From assembly GCA_022565075.1 (NCBI GenBank), contig JADFKG010000001.1:1-33591 (forward strand): DNA of 33,591 bases, read 5' to 3'. Both the position numbers and the translations under genes were made by a program. Shown in pieces: positions 1 to 10,015 of this stretch (position 1 is the first letter of the stretch; every line of letters starts with the position of its first letter). Below the pieces are notes generated by a model, which saw only the letters and a list, made by a program, of their open reading frames with translations, was not told the origin of the DNA and searched no databases. Source of the DNA: Chloroflexota bacterium. Its GTDB lineage: Bacteria; Chloroflexota; Dehalococcoidia; SM23-28-2; RBG-16-64-32.

Positions 1-827
1 TCGATCCCTTCCTCGAGCACGATGCGGAGTCCTTCCCGCAGCGCGTAGAGCATCGTCATCGGCGGCGTGTGGTGGTACATACGCGTGGTGCCACCGCCCC
101 AGTAGCGCCCGAGGATGTTCAGGTCGAAGTAGAAGCTGGAGACCAGCTCCTTGCGGCTCTGGATCACCTGCATCGCCGCCTCGCTCACGGTCAGCGGCGC
201 CATTCCCGGCGGGCCGGACAGGCACTTCTGCGTGCCGGCGTAGCAGACGTCGATGCCCCAGTCGTCGATCCTTAGCTCGCAGCCGGTGAGGCTGGTGACA
301 GCGTCGACCAGCAGGAGCGCACCGGCCTCGTGCGTGATGCGTGAGATCTCTTCGAGCGGCTGCAGGATGCCGGTGCTCGTTTCGCCGTGCACGATCATCA
401 CGGCCTTCGTCCGGCCAGCTTTCTTGAGCGCCTCACTGATCTGCTCCGGCTCGATGATGCGTCCCCAGTCGGCCTCGACGGGGAAGACGGTAGCGCCACA
501 GCGCTTCGCCATGTCAGCCATACGCGTACCGAAGAAGCCGTTCATGCAGACGATGACGTTGTCGCCCGGCTCGGTGATGTTGTAGATGGCCGCCTCCATG
601 CCGGCGGTGCCGGTGCCGGAGATCGCCATCGTCATGTCGTTCTCCGTGCGGAAGGCTGTGCGCAGCGGCCGCTGCGTGTCGTCCATGAGCTGGATGAACA
701 CGGGGTCAAGGTAGCCGATAACCGGCTGCATCATCGCCCGGTAGACGCGCGGGTGTACGTTGGACGGCCCGGGGCCAAGCAGCTGCCGGTGCGGCAGGTT
801 CAGTTCGCCAAGCGGTTCAGAGGTCAT
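1..827 (-). CDS. Class-V PLP aminotransferase (serine-pyruvate / alanine-glyoxylate aminotransferase family); C-terminal part runs off the window
   Basis: Absent from the ORF track because the frame stays open to the window edge. Hand translation of the minus strand from the ATG at 827-825 gives MTSEPLGELNLPHRQLLGPGPSNVHPRVYRAMMQPVIGYLDPVFIQLMDD...MIVHGETSTGILQPL...LLVDAVTSL...YAGTQKCLSGPPGMAP. This is the family pattern, including the QK-type PLP lysine. AAGGA lies about 8 nt upstream. The + strand ORFs at 69-884 are antisense artefacts. Confidence 0.8.
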   Translation of the reverse strand, partial: MTSEPLGELNLPHRQLLGPGPSNVHPRVYRAMMQPVIGYLDPVFIQLMDDTQRPLRTAFRTENDMTMAISGTGTAGMEAAIYNITEPGDNVIVCMNGFFGTRMADMAKRCGATVFPVEADWGRIIEPEQISEALKKAGRTKAVMIVHGETSTGILQPLEEISRITHEAGALLLVDAVTSLTGCELRIDDWGIDVCYAGTQKCLSGPPGMAPLTVSEAAMQVIQSRKELVSSFYFDLNILGRYWGGGTTRMYHHTPPMTMLYALREGLRIVLEEGI

Positions 828-844
828 GGCTACATCCTTGTTCT

Positions 845-897
845 TGTCATCCTGAGCGGCAAGTCCGCCGAGAGGCGGACGTAAGCGAAGGATCTGC
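845..897 (+). repeat. Short interspersed repeat, copy A (TGTCATCCTGAGCGGCAAGTCC ... GCGAAGGATCT), with an internal hairpin gtccgcc-gaga-ggcggac
   Basis: The 22-nt stretch tgtcatcctgagcggcaagtcc (845-866) is identical to 1282-1303. The terminal gcgaaggatct (885-895) recurs inverted at 1425-1435. Confidence 0.85.
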
Positions 898-930
898 GAC
901 CTCGCGCGATCACTCAACCTCCATGGGGCA

Positions 931-1248
931 TCACCAGTCCGCGCCGAGATCACTCCAATCCGGATTAGTGCTCCTTATTAGAGCGGCCTTTCGCCTTCTC
1001 GTCCACCCCTTGAGCTGCTTCTCCCGGGCGAGGGCCGCGTGGACGTCCGATGTCTGCTCGAAGTAGACCAGCCGTTTCAGCCGATAGCGCTTCGTGAAGC
1101 CCTCGACGACACCAAGCTTGTGTTCCGCAAGGCGTCGCGTAAGATCGCTCGTCACGCCGATGTAGAGGGTGCCACTGTGGTTCGTAAGGATGTAGACGTA
1201 GTAGTCCCGCACGGTCACAGGATCACCGATCGCGTCCCGGAGCCCCAA
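931..1248 (-). CDS. GIY-YIG nuclease family protein (small stand-alone, about 95-105 aa)
   Basis: The ORF track protein contains YYVYILTNHSGTLYIGVTSDLTRRLAEHK...GFTKRY...LVYFE...A.AREKQLKGW.R.KK, the textbook GIY-YIG core. The listed start is TTG at 1248. In-frame GTGs at 1218 or 1212 (VRDYYVYIL) may be the true start. Confidence 0.85.
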   Translation of the reverse strand: MGLRDAIGDPVTVRDYYVYILTNHSGTLYIGVTSDLTRRLAEHKLGVVEGFTKRYRLKRLVYFEQTSDVHAALAREKQLKGWTRRRKAALIRSTNPDWSDLGADW

Positions 1249-1279
1249 GCGCTATCTGGCGCGCCGGCACTCCTCTCTA

Positions 1280-1331
1280 CCTGTCATCCTGAGCGGCAAG
1301 TCCAGCGCCAGCCGGACACGAAGGAAGGAGC
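1280..1331 (+). repeat. Short interspersed repeat, copy B (same orientation as copy A)
   Basis: cctgtcatcctgagcggcaagtcc followed by agcgccagccggacacgaaggaaggagc. The head is identical to copy A and the tail is a diverged version of copy A. Confidence 0.8.
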
Positions 1332-1424
1332 TATTTTCCGCTGAAGAACGTGAAGTCGAACTCCGTACAACGTCCGCCGAGTTTCGGCCTGCATTTCCGG
1401 CCGCAGCTCGCCAACGCGGCGCAG

Positions 1425-1518
1425 AGATCCTTCGCTTCGGATAACGGCGGTTAGTTCTCTACCAGCCTTTAGCCCTCGATAGTCGCCCTGCCTCAGACGG
1501 CCGGCTCAGGATGACAGG
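1425..1518 (-). repeat. Short interspersed repeat, copy C (inverted, with a longer internal segment)
   Basis: agatccttcgc (1425-1435) is the reverse complement of gcgaaggatct in copy A. gctcaggatgacagg (1504-1518) is the reverse complement of cctgtcatcctgagc in copy B. About 68 nt separate the two conserved termini, against about 20 nt in copy A. Confidence 0.75.
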
Positions 1519-1533
1519 TAGGAAGGATGACGC

Positions 1534-3029
1534 CTATGCCGGCGGTTGCCAGCGCAGCACCGGCTTGCGGGCCGCCGACGCTTCGTCCAGGCGGCGGAGC
1601 GGCGCGGTGGTCGGAGCGGCCTTGACGATCTCGGGCGTCTCGGTGCACTCGCGGTCGATGGCCAGCATCGCGTCGCAGAAGGCGTCCAGCGCCTCGATGC
1701 TCTCCGTCTCGGTCGGCTCGATCATCATCGCCTCGTCGACGATCAGCGGGAAGTAGATCGTCGGCGGGTGGAAGCCGTAGTCGATCAGGCGCTTGGCGAT
1801 GTCCAGCGTCTTCGGCCCGCGCGCCTTCTGACGCGAGCCCGAGATCACGACTTCGTGCATGCAGGGCCGGTCGACGGCGAGCTTGTAGGCGCCCTTGAGC
1901 CGCGCCTGCACGTAGTTGGCGTTGATGACGGCGTTCTCGCTGACGTCGCGCAGTCCGTTGCCGCCGAGCGACTTCATGTAGGTGAGCGCGCGGACGAGGA
2001 CACCGAAGTTGCCGTGGAACGCCATCGTCTTGCCGATCGATTTCGGCGGCCGTGCCAGGCTGAAGCTCCCGTCAGACCGTTCGACGACCGGCGCCGGCAG
2101 ATACGGCGCGAGGTGCGACTTCACGCAGACGGGCCCGGCGCCGGGGCCGCCACCACCGTGCGGAGTTGAGAACGTCTTGTGCAGGTTGAGGTGCACGACG
2201 TCGAAGCCCATATCGCCAAAGCGCGCGCGGCCCAGGAAGGCGTTCTGGTTCGCGCCGTCGCCATAGAGGAGCGCACCTTTGGCGTGCAGCATTTCGGCGA
2301 CCCGGCCCACCTGGCGATCGAACAGGCCGAGCGTCGAGGGCAGCGTGTACATCATCCCGGCGACCGTCTCGTCGATATTCTCGGCGAGGAAGCCGCTGTC
2401 CGCGTTACCGTCGGCGTCGCATGGAACGATGACGACGTCGAAGCCAGCCATCGCCGCGGTCGCCGGGTTCGTGCCGTGAGCGGATTCAGGTACGAGCACC
2501 TTGCGGCGCGCGCTATCGCCGCGGTCCTGGTGGTAGGCCTTGATCATGAGAATGCCGGAGAGCTCGCCCTGTGCACCGGCGGCCGGCGCCAGACCCGCCG
2601 CGTCCATGCCCGTGATCGTACAGAGCCACGTCTGCAGCTCGTACAAGAGTTCGAGCGCGCCCTGCACCGTCGCGGCTGGCTGTTGCGGATGGACAGCGGC
2701 GAAGCCGGGCAGGGCGGCGACGTCCTCGTTGACCTTGGGGTTGTACTTCATCGTGCACGACCCCAGCGGATAGAAGCCGGTGTCGATGCTGTAGTTGAGC
2801 CGGCTGAGCGCCACGAAGTAGCGGATGACCTCGTTCTGCGCCATCTCGGGCAGCCGCAGATCGTCCCGCAGGAAGCGCTCGTCCGGGAGCGGCGACTGCG
2901 GAACGTCGAGCGCCGGGAGCATGACGCCCTTCCGTCCGGGGCTGCTGTGGTCGAACGTCAGCTTGCCGCCAACGTCGGTGTGCGGCGGGGCCATCGGCTG
3001 ATCGAGGGAGACGTGTTCGTCAGTCATGG

Positions 3030-3033
<4 letters not shown>
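1534..3033 (-). CDS. gcvPB: Glycine dehydrogenase (decarboxylating) subunit 2 (P-protein C-terminal half)
   Basis: 499-aa ORF with LPEMAQNEVIRYF, SCTMKYNPK, NLHKTFSTPHGGGGPG (PLP-Lys region). Its ATG overlaps the gcvPA stop (ATGA at 3030-3033). Confidence 0.95.
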
Positions 3034-4360
<1,327 letters not shown>

Positions 4361-4361
<1 letters not shown>

Positions 4362-4750
4362 CAGTCGCCCTCCGCCTCGATGAACGCTTCGTACTCGTCG
4401 GCCGAGAGCAGCTTGTCCAGCTCCGCCGGGTCCGAGAGGCGCACCTTGATTAGCCAGCCGTCGCCGTACGGGTCGTCGTTCACCGATTCGGGGCTGTCGG
4501 CGAGGCCGTCGTTGGCCTCGGTCACCTCACCGGAGACCGGCGCGAAAAGCTCCGACACCGCCTTCACGGACTCGATCTCGCCAAGCTTCTGCGCGGCGCT
4601 GATTTCCGCGCCGACCGCGGGCAGCTCCACGAAGACGATGTCGCCCAGCTGGTCCTGCGCGTAATCGGTGATGCCGATCGTGCCGCTGTCACCTTCCACG
4701 CGCACCCACTCGTGTTCCTTCGTGTACTTCAGTTCAGGCGGGCTGACCAT
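4361..4750 (-). CDS. gcvH: Glycine cleavage system H protein (lipoyl carrier)
   Basis: The true start is the internal ATG at 4750 (MVSPPELKYTKEHEWVRVEG...) with AGGAG 6-10 nt upstream. Lipoyl-lysine motif ESVKAVSE. 129 aa. The 280-aa ORF in the track is an in-frame upstream extension into gcvT. Confidence 0.93.
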
Positions 4751-4778
4751 GCGTCTCCTTCCGGACGGATCCTTCGGA

Positions 4779-5888
4779 TCAGTTCTTCTTCGGTCTCTTG
4801 TACAACGGCCTCGGCACGACCTCGACCGGCAGCGCCTTCCCCCGAACGTCGACCTCCAGCCGGCATCCAACTTCGCCGAGCGCCGGCGGCACGAAGCCGA
4901 GTCCGATGCTGAGGCCAAGCGTCGGTGAGAAGCCACCGCTCGTGACAACGCCAACGTCGGCGCCATCGTTGCGGATAGCGTGCCCGTGTCGCATGATGCC
5001 GCGATCGAGCGCCCGCAGGCAAACGAGCCTCCGCGTGACGTCTCGTTCCTTGGCCCGAACGAGCGCCCCGCGCCCCAGGAACTCCGCGCCGTCATCAAAC
5101 GTGACGACCCAGTCGAGGCCGACCTCGAACGGGTTCGTTTCCTCGTCGATGTCGTTCCCATATAGCAGAAGCGCCGCCTCCAGCCGCAGCGTGTCCCGAG
5201 CACCGAGCCCGCACGGCGTCACGCCGGCTTCGAGCAGGGCGCGCCAGAGCGCTGGGCCGCCCTGGTCCTCGATCACAAGCTCCAGCCCGTCCTCGCCCGT
5301 GTACCCCGTGCGCGAGGCAAAGAGCGTGTGCCCTTCCCAGTCTGTCTCGCCGCAGCGCCGCGGCTTGAGCGAGCGTACGAAGTCCGCGCCGATTACGGCA
5401 TCGAGCCGGGCGAGCGCGTCCGGGCCCTGCACGGCGATCATCGCCGTCGAGTGGTGGCGGTCGACGAGGCGCGCGTCGAACTGCGCAACGTGGCGGGCCA
5501 TCCAGTCGCGCATCTTCGGCGCGTTGGAGGCGTTGACCACGATCAGCCAGCGCTCATCCTCCAGCCGGAACACGTAGACGTCGTCCAGAATGCCGCCGTC
5601 CTCGCGGCAGGCGGCGGCGTAGTGGCCCCCGCCCGGCGCAAGGGTCGTCACGTCCCACGTGCTCACGTGGCGCAAGAAGCGGCCGGCGTCCGGGCCGTGG
5701 ACTTCGAAGCGCCCCATGTGCGAGACGTCGAACATCCCGGCCGCGCCGCGCACAGCGTTGTGCTCCTCGACGATGCCTGCGTACTGCACCGGCATCTCCC
5801 AGCCGGCGAACGGGACCAGTCGCGCGCCCAGGGCCACGTGCTCGCCGTGCAGCGGCGTGTGGAGGAGCGTCTCGGTCTCGGGTGACAT
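4779..5888 (-). CDS. gcvT: Aminomethyltransferase (glycine cleavage T protein)
   Basis: 369-aa ORF with [43 protein letters not shown]. First gene of the gcvT-H-PA-PB operon. No obvious SD. Confidence 0.95.
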   Translation of the reverse strand: MSPETETLLHTPLHGEHVALGARLVPFAGWEMPVQYAGIVEEHNAVRGAAGMFDVSHMGRFEVHGPDAGRFLRHVSTWDVTTLAPGGGHYAAACREDGGILDDVYVFRLEDERWLIVVNASNAPKMRDWMARHVAQFDARLVDRHHSTAMIAVQGPDALARLDAVIGADFVRSLKPRRCGETDWEGHTLFASRTGYTGEDGLELVIEDQGGPALWRALLEAGVTPCGLGARDTLRLEAALLLYGNDIDEETNPFEVGLDWVVTFDDGAEFLGRGALVRAKERDVTRRLVCLRALDRGIMRHGHAIRNDGADVGVVTSGGFSPTLGLSIGLGFVPPALGEVGCRLEVDVRGKALPVEVVPRPLYKRPKKN

Positions 5889-5895
5889 TCGCTTA

Positions 5896-5925
5896 TTGAC
5901 CCGCTTCCGTCGCAGCCGTTAGGTT
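5896..5925 (+). promoter_or_regulatory. Candidate promoter for the tRNA-like gene (-35 TTGACC, 18-nt spacer, -10 TAGGTT)
   Basis: TTGACC at 5896-5901 and TAGGTT (TANNNT) at 5920-5925. The predicted start lies about 7-9 nt downstream, coinciding with the tRNA-like 5' end at 5932-5934. Eye match only. Confidence 0.3.
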
Positions 5926-5933
5926 CGTCCTGC

Positions 5934-6007
5934 GCCCCGGTAGCTTAAGAGGAAAAAGTGCGTTTCTGACTAAGACGAGGATGTGGGTTCGAGTCCCACC
6001 CGGGGCG
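5934..6007 (+). tRNA. tRNA-like gene, cloverleaf with anticodon GAC (Val) but atypical U37 and G73; CCA not encoded
   Basis: Hand fold:
- acceptor GCCCCGG/CCGGGGC, 7 perfect bp;
- U8 A9;
- D arm GCTT-AAGAGGAAA-AAGT (A14, G18G19, A21 present);
- anticodon arm CGTTT-CTGACTA-AGACG;
- variable loop AGGAT;
- T arm GTGGG-TTCGAGT-CCCAC.
The D and anticodon arms are AT-rich, unlike the host background. Confidence 0.55.
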
Positions 6008-6114
6008 CCTCCGATGTGACGCAGAAGTCGTGACTTCGCGAGGGGACGGCAGTACACTAACATCGTCTTAGTCAGCAGTGCTTAGTCCGATTGGGCTACC
6101 GACGAGCGGAGCGG

Positions 6115-7035
6115 TCACAGAGCCGCTCCGTTTTCGTTTCCGGCGGATCCGTTGGATATCTCTTCCCACTTCCGCTTGCCGTCATCCAGCCGTACCCGGC
6201 CGACGCCCGGGTACTCATGGTGCACCGAGACGATCGTCGCGTTCTTCTCGATCGCCTTCTCGACGAAGCGCTTCTTCGTCTCCAGCGACACGAGCGGCAT
6301 GGTGTCGAAGGCGCTGATCCAGGCGAGGCGCTCCAGCTGCACCGGGTGCTGCGAGAGCTCGCCGATGTAGAGCGCGTAGTCTCCTCCGGACTCCACCTCG
6401 ACGACGACGTGGTCGTCCGTGTGGCCCGGCGCGCGCACCATCCGCACGCCCGGCACGACTTCCGTGTCGCCCTCCACCAGATCGACCTGCCCGGCCTCAT
6501 CCAGCGGCTCGATGTTCTCCGCAAGATACGTACCGCGGGTACGATCGTTGGGGTGTGTCGCCGCCTCCCATTCGCCCTTCTGGATGACGTACCGCGCGCG
6601 CGGAAACGCCGGCCGCAGCTTGCCGTCATCGACGACGGTGTTGCCGCCGCAGTGGTCGAAGTGGAGGTGGCTGTTGATCACGAGGTCGACGTCCTCCGGG
6701 GCGACGCCCTCCGCCCGCAGGTTCTCGAGCAGCGTCCCGGTGTGCTCGATGTCCATCGCGCCGGGTGCGCTCCGGGACTTGTCGCCGCAGCCCGTGTCGA
6801 CGAGCACCGTCTTGCCACCGCCGCGGATGAAGAGCGAGTTCAGGCCGACGGGCAGGCGGTACTTCTCGTCGATGTCCGGCACGTACTTCTCCCACATCAC
6901 GCGGGGCACAAGGCCGAAGGTGGCGCCGGCGTCCTGACGTATAACGCCATCGCTGACGACCAGTAGCTCGAAGTCACCAATGCGGAACCAGTAACCCATG
7001 GATGCCTGAAGGTGCGGTACGGGGGGTGCGACCAC
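6115..7035 (-). CDS. MBL-fold metallo-hydrolase (HxHxDH family; motif resembles lactonase-type members)
   Basis: 306-aa ORF with VLVDTGCG, INSHLHFDHCGGN, APGHTDDH. An alternative start at ATG 6999 (MGYWFRIGDFELLVVSDG) is plausible. Confidence 0.85.
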   Translation of the reverse strand: MVAPPVPHLQASMGYWFRIGDFELLVVSDGVIRQDAGATFGLVPRVMWEKYVPDIDEKYRLPVGLNSLFIRGGGKTVLVDTGCGDKSRSAPGAMDIEHTGTLLENLRAEGVAPEDVDLVINSHLHFDHCGGNTVVDDGKLRPAFPRARYVIQKGEWEAATHPNDRTRGTYLAENIEPLDEAGQVDLVEGDTEVVPGVRMVRAPGHTDDHVVVEVESGGDYALYIGELSQHPVQLERLAWISAFDTMPLVSLETKKRFVEKAIEKNATIVSVHHEYPGVGRVRLDDGKRKWEEISNGSAGNENGAAL

Positions 7036-7177
7036 GCCAAAGGTACGCCGCGCCGATTCGGGTGGTCAAGGCGCTGACGCCCGGCGCGTGTGGATAGTGC
7101 TCACCTTGCCCGCAACAGGTGCGAATTCTACAATTCGCGTACCGGGCCCTTCTGGGGGCGCCGTTTTGTTTTCCGCT

Positions 7178-9871
7178 ATGAGCACCGAACAGATGAAGGA
7201 CATGCCCAAGGCGTACGACCCGAAGGAGGTCGAGGCGCCGCTGTATCAGATGTGGATGGACAAGGGCTACTTCAAGCCCCGCATCGATCCAGACAAGACG
7301 CCGTTCTGCATCATCATGCCGCCGCCGAACGTGACCGGCGAACTGCACCTGGGCCACGCGCTGACGGCGACGATCGAAGACCTGCTGATCCGCTGGCACC
7401 GCATGATGGGCGATGAGGCGCTCTGGGTGCCGGGCGTCGACCACGCCGGCATCGCCACGCAGAACGTCGTCGAGCGCGAGATCGCCAAGGAAGGCGTCAG
7501 CCGTCACGACCTGGGCCGCGAGAAGTTCGTGGAGCGCGTCTGGGAGTGGGTTGGCCGGGTGCGCAGCCGCATCGTCGTGCAGCACATGCGCCTGGGCGTC
7601 TCCTGCGACTGGGACCGCGAGGTCTTCACGATGGACGAAGGGCCGCAGCTGGCCGTCCGCACGACGTTCAAGCACCTCTTCGACGACGGCCTGATCTACC
7701 GCGGCGAGCGCATCACGAACTGGTGCCCGCGCTGCACGACGGCGCTCTCCGACCTCGAAGTCGACCACCGCGAGACGCAGGGCAGCCTCTGGTACGTCAA
7801 GTACCCGCTCCTGGACGACGACGGCAACCCGAGCGACGAGTTCGTCCGCGTGGCCACGACGCGCCCGGAGACGATCGTCGGCGACACGGCGGTCGCGGTG
7901 AACCCGGAGGACGACCGCTGGAAGGGGCTGATCGGCCGCACGGCGCTACTCCCGATCATCGAGCGGCCGATCCCGATCATCGGCGACGAGGCCGTCGAGC
8001 CGGAGTTTGGAACGGGCGCGGTCAAGGTGACGCCGGGACACGACCCGATGGACTTCGAGATCGGCGGCCGCCACGACCTGCCCGTCATCGTCGCCATGGA
8101 CGACGAGGCGAAGATGAACGAGAACGCCGGGCCCTACAACGGCATCGACCGCTTCGAGACGCGCGAGCTGATCGTCGCGGACCTGGAGAAGCTGGGGCTC
8201 CTCGAGAAGAGAGAGGATCACATGTCGTCGGTCGGGCACTGCTCCCGCTGCGACACGATCGTCGAGCCGATCGTCAGCAAGCAGTGGTTCGTGAAGACGG
8301 CGCCCCTGGCGAAGCCGGCGATCGAAGCCGTCAAGGACGGCCGCATCGAGATCATCCCCAGGCGCTTCGAGGGCGTGTACATGCACTGGATGGAGAACAT
8401 CCGCGACTGGTGCATCAGCCGGCAGCTCTGGTGGGGTCACCGCATCCCCGTCTGGTACTGCAAGGCGGCCGGCTGTGATGAGATGTTCTCCTCGATCGAA
8501 GACGCCACGGAGTGTCCGAAGTGCGGCTCGCACGACGTGGAGCAGGACCCGGACGTGCTCGACACGTGGTTCTCGTCCGCGCTCTGGCCGCACTCCACCC
8601 TCGGCTGGCCGGAAGATACGGACGAGCTACGCTACTGGTATCCGACGTCCGTGCTGGAGACAGGCTACGACATCCTTTTCTTCTGGGTGGCGCGGATGAT
8701 CATGACCGGCCTCTACAACACCGGCGAAGTGCCGTTCCGCCACGTCTATCTGCACGGCCTGATCCGCGACGAGAAGGGCGACAAGATGACGAAGAGCCGC
8801 GGCAACGTCGTCGACCCGCTGGAGATCATTGACAAGTACGGCACCGACGCCGTGCGCTTCACGATGGCCACCGGCGGCGCCCCCGGCAACGACTTCCGCC
8901 TCTTCGACGAGAAGCTGGAAGGCGGCCGCAACTTCGCGAACAAGATCTGGAACGCCGCCCGCTACTTCGTGCAGAGCGCCGGCGAAGAGCGCGTGCAGCT
9001 CCCGGACGCCGCGACGCTGGCCTCAGCGGCGGCGCGCTCCGGCTGGCCGCTGGAAGACCGCTGGATCGTCTCGCGAACGCTGTCCGTTTCGCGGCAGGTC
9101 AACCGGCTGCTCGCCGACTTCCAGGTGAACGAGGCGGGGCGGCTGCTGTACGACTTCTTCTGGAGCGAGTACGCGGACTGGTACGTGGAGATGGCGAAGG
9201 TCCGCCTCAAGACCGGCGACAGATCACCGCTGCCGGTTCTCGCCTACACCCTGCAGACGAGCCTGCGCCTCCTCCATCCGATGATGCCGTTCGTCACCGA
9301 GGCGATCTGGCAGCACCTGCGCAACCACATCGACGGCCTCGAAGAGGCGCTAATCGTCGCCAAGTTCCCCACCGGTGATGGCGAGGCCGACACGGACGCC
9401 GAGGAGAAGACCGAACTCGTGATGGACGTCGTCCGGGCGATCCGCAACATTCGCGCCGAACGCGGCGTCGACGCCGGCCGCTTCATCGAAGCCTACATCG
9501 CCTCGAACGGCACCGATCCGACGCTCGAACAGGCGCGGCCCATCGTCGAGACGCTGGCTCGCGTGCGGCCGCTGCACCTCGTGCCGGACGCGAGTGCCGC
9601 GCCCAAGGAAGGCGTCGCCTCGGCTGTTCTCGCGAAGGCGCTGGTCGTCGTCCCCCTGGCCGGCCTGATCGACGCCGACGCCGAGCGCGCGAAGCTGTCG
9701 AAACAGCTGACCGAGGCCGAGGGAGAGATCAAGCGCCTGGAAGGCAAGCTCGCGAACGAGCAGTTCCGCTCCAAAGCGCCCGCAGATGTCGTCGCCAAGG
9801 AGCAGGAGAGGCTCGCCACGGCCGAATCGCGCGTGGAAGGCCTGCAAGGACGCCTCGCGGAGCTAGGATAG
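7178..9871 (+). CDS. valS: Valine--tRNA ligase
   Basis: Contains PPPNVTGELHLGHA (HIGH), KMTKSRGN (KMSKS) and a C-terminal coiled coil. The start is taken at ATG 7178 (MSTEQMKDMPKAYDPKEVEAPLYQMW, a typical ValRS N-terminus) rather than the track's GTG at 7088. Confidence 0.95.
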   Translation: MSTEQMKDMPKAYDPKEVEAPLYQMWMDKGYFKPRIDPDKTPFCIIMPPPNVTGELHLGHALTATIEDLLIRWHRMMGDEALWVPGVDHAGIATQNVVEREIAKEGVSRHDLGREKFVERVWEWVGRVRSRIVVQHMRLGVSCDWDREVFTMDEGPQLAVRTTFKHLFDDGLIYRGERITNWCPRCTTALSDLEVDHRETQGSLWYVKYPLLDDDGNPSDEFVRVATTRPETIVGDTAVAVNPEDDRWKGLIGRTALLPIIERPIPIIGDEAVEPEFGTGAVKVTPGHDPMDFEIGGRHDLPVIVAMDDEAKMNENAGPYNGIDRFETRELIVADLEKLGLLEKREDHMSSVGHCSRCDTIVEPIVSKQWFVKTAPLAKPAIEAVKDGRIEIIPRRFEGVYMHWMENIRDWCISRQLWWGHRIPVWYCKAAGCDEMFSSIEDATECPKCGSHDVEQDPDVLDTWFSSALWPHSTLGWPEDTDELRYWYPTSVLETGYDILFFWVARMIMTGLYNTGEVPFRHVYLHGLIRDEKGDKMTKSRGNVVDPLEIIDKYGTDAVRFTMATGGAPGNDFRLFDEKLEGGRNFANKIWNAARYFVQSAGEERVQLPDAATLASAAARSGWPLEDRWIVSRTLSVSRQVNRLLADFQVNEAGRLLYDFFWSEYADWYVEMAKVRLKTGDRSPLPVLAYTLQTSLRLLHPMMPFVTEAIWQHLRNHIDGLEEALIVAKFPTGDGEADTDAEEKTELVMDVVRAIRNIRAERGVDAGRFIEAYIASNGTDPTLEQARPIVETLARVRPLHLVPDASAAPKEGVASAVLAKALVVVPLAGLIDADAERAKLSKQLTEAEGEIKRLEGKLANEQFRSKAPADVVAKEQERLATAESRVEGLQGRLAELG

Positions 9872-10015
9872 GCAACGATGATCATGGTAAAAGCGCCGGG
9901 TAGTCGCCCCTAACCCGACGCCAATCAGCCCCTCGACACTCACATATACGAGTGCTAGCCTAGATTGTGGCGAATAGCACAAAGTAGGACTAGCAGTGGG
10001 AGGACGCCGCCCCTT

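Noticed and set aside
4751-5203. N-terminal 150-aa extension of the gcvH ORF (the 280-aa track entry), overlapping gcvT.
   Set aside because: The extension is an Arg/Ser-rich off-frame reading of gcvT. A canonical GcvH N-terminus with an AGGAG SD starts at 4750.
5889-6114. Expected glycine riboswitch in the gcvT leader (minus strand).
   Set aside because: I reverse-complemented the whole spacer and found none of the conserved aptamer cores (GGAGAG...CCGAAGG.GCAA...CUCAGGCAAAAGGAC). The structured sequence there is instead explained by a + strand tRNA-like cloverleaf. An Rfam RF00504 scan would settle it.
7057-7090. T-box-like GGGTGGT (7060-7066) followed by a GGCG-CTGA-CGCC hairpin upstream of valS.
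   Set aside because: Only the GGGUGGU core matches the T-box consensus (..GGGUGGUACCGCG). The would-be bulge is too long. No Stem I/specifier features (GA motif, AGAGA, distal loop) or terminator partner could be found. The element sits only ~25 nt from the divergent MBL gene start. Probably chance in GC-rich DNA.
9933-9966. Possible nuo operon promoter (TCGACA-17-TAGCCT, or the alternatives TATACG/TAGATT) in the AT-richer valS-nuoA spacer.
   Set aside because: Several overlapping weak candidates with no way to choose among them by eye. Not reported as a feature.
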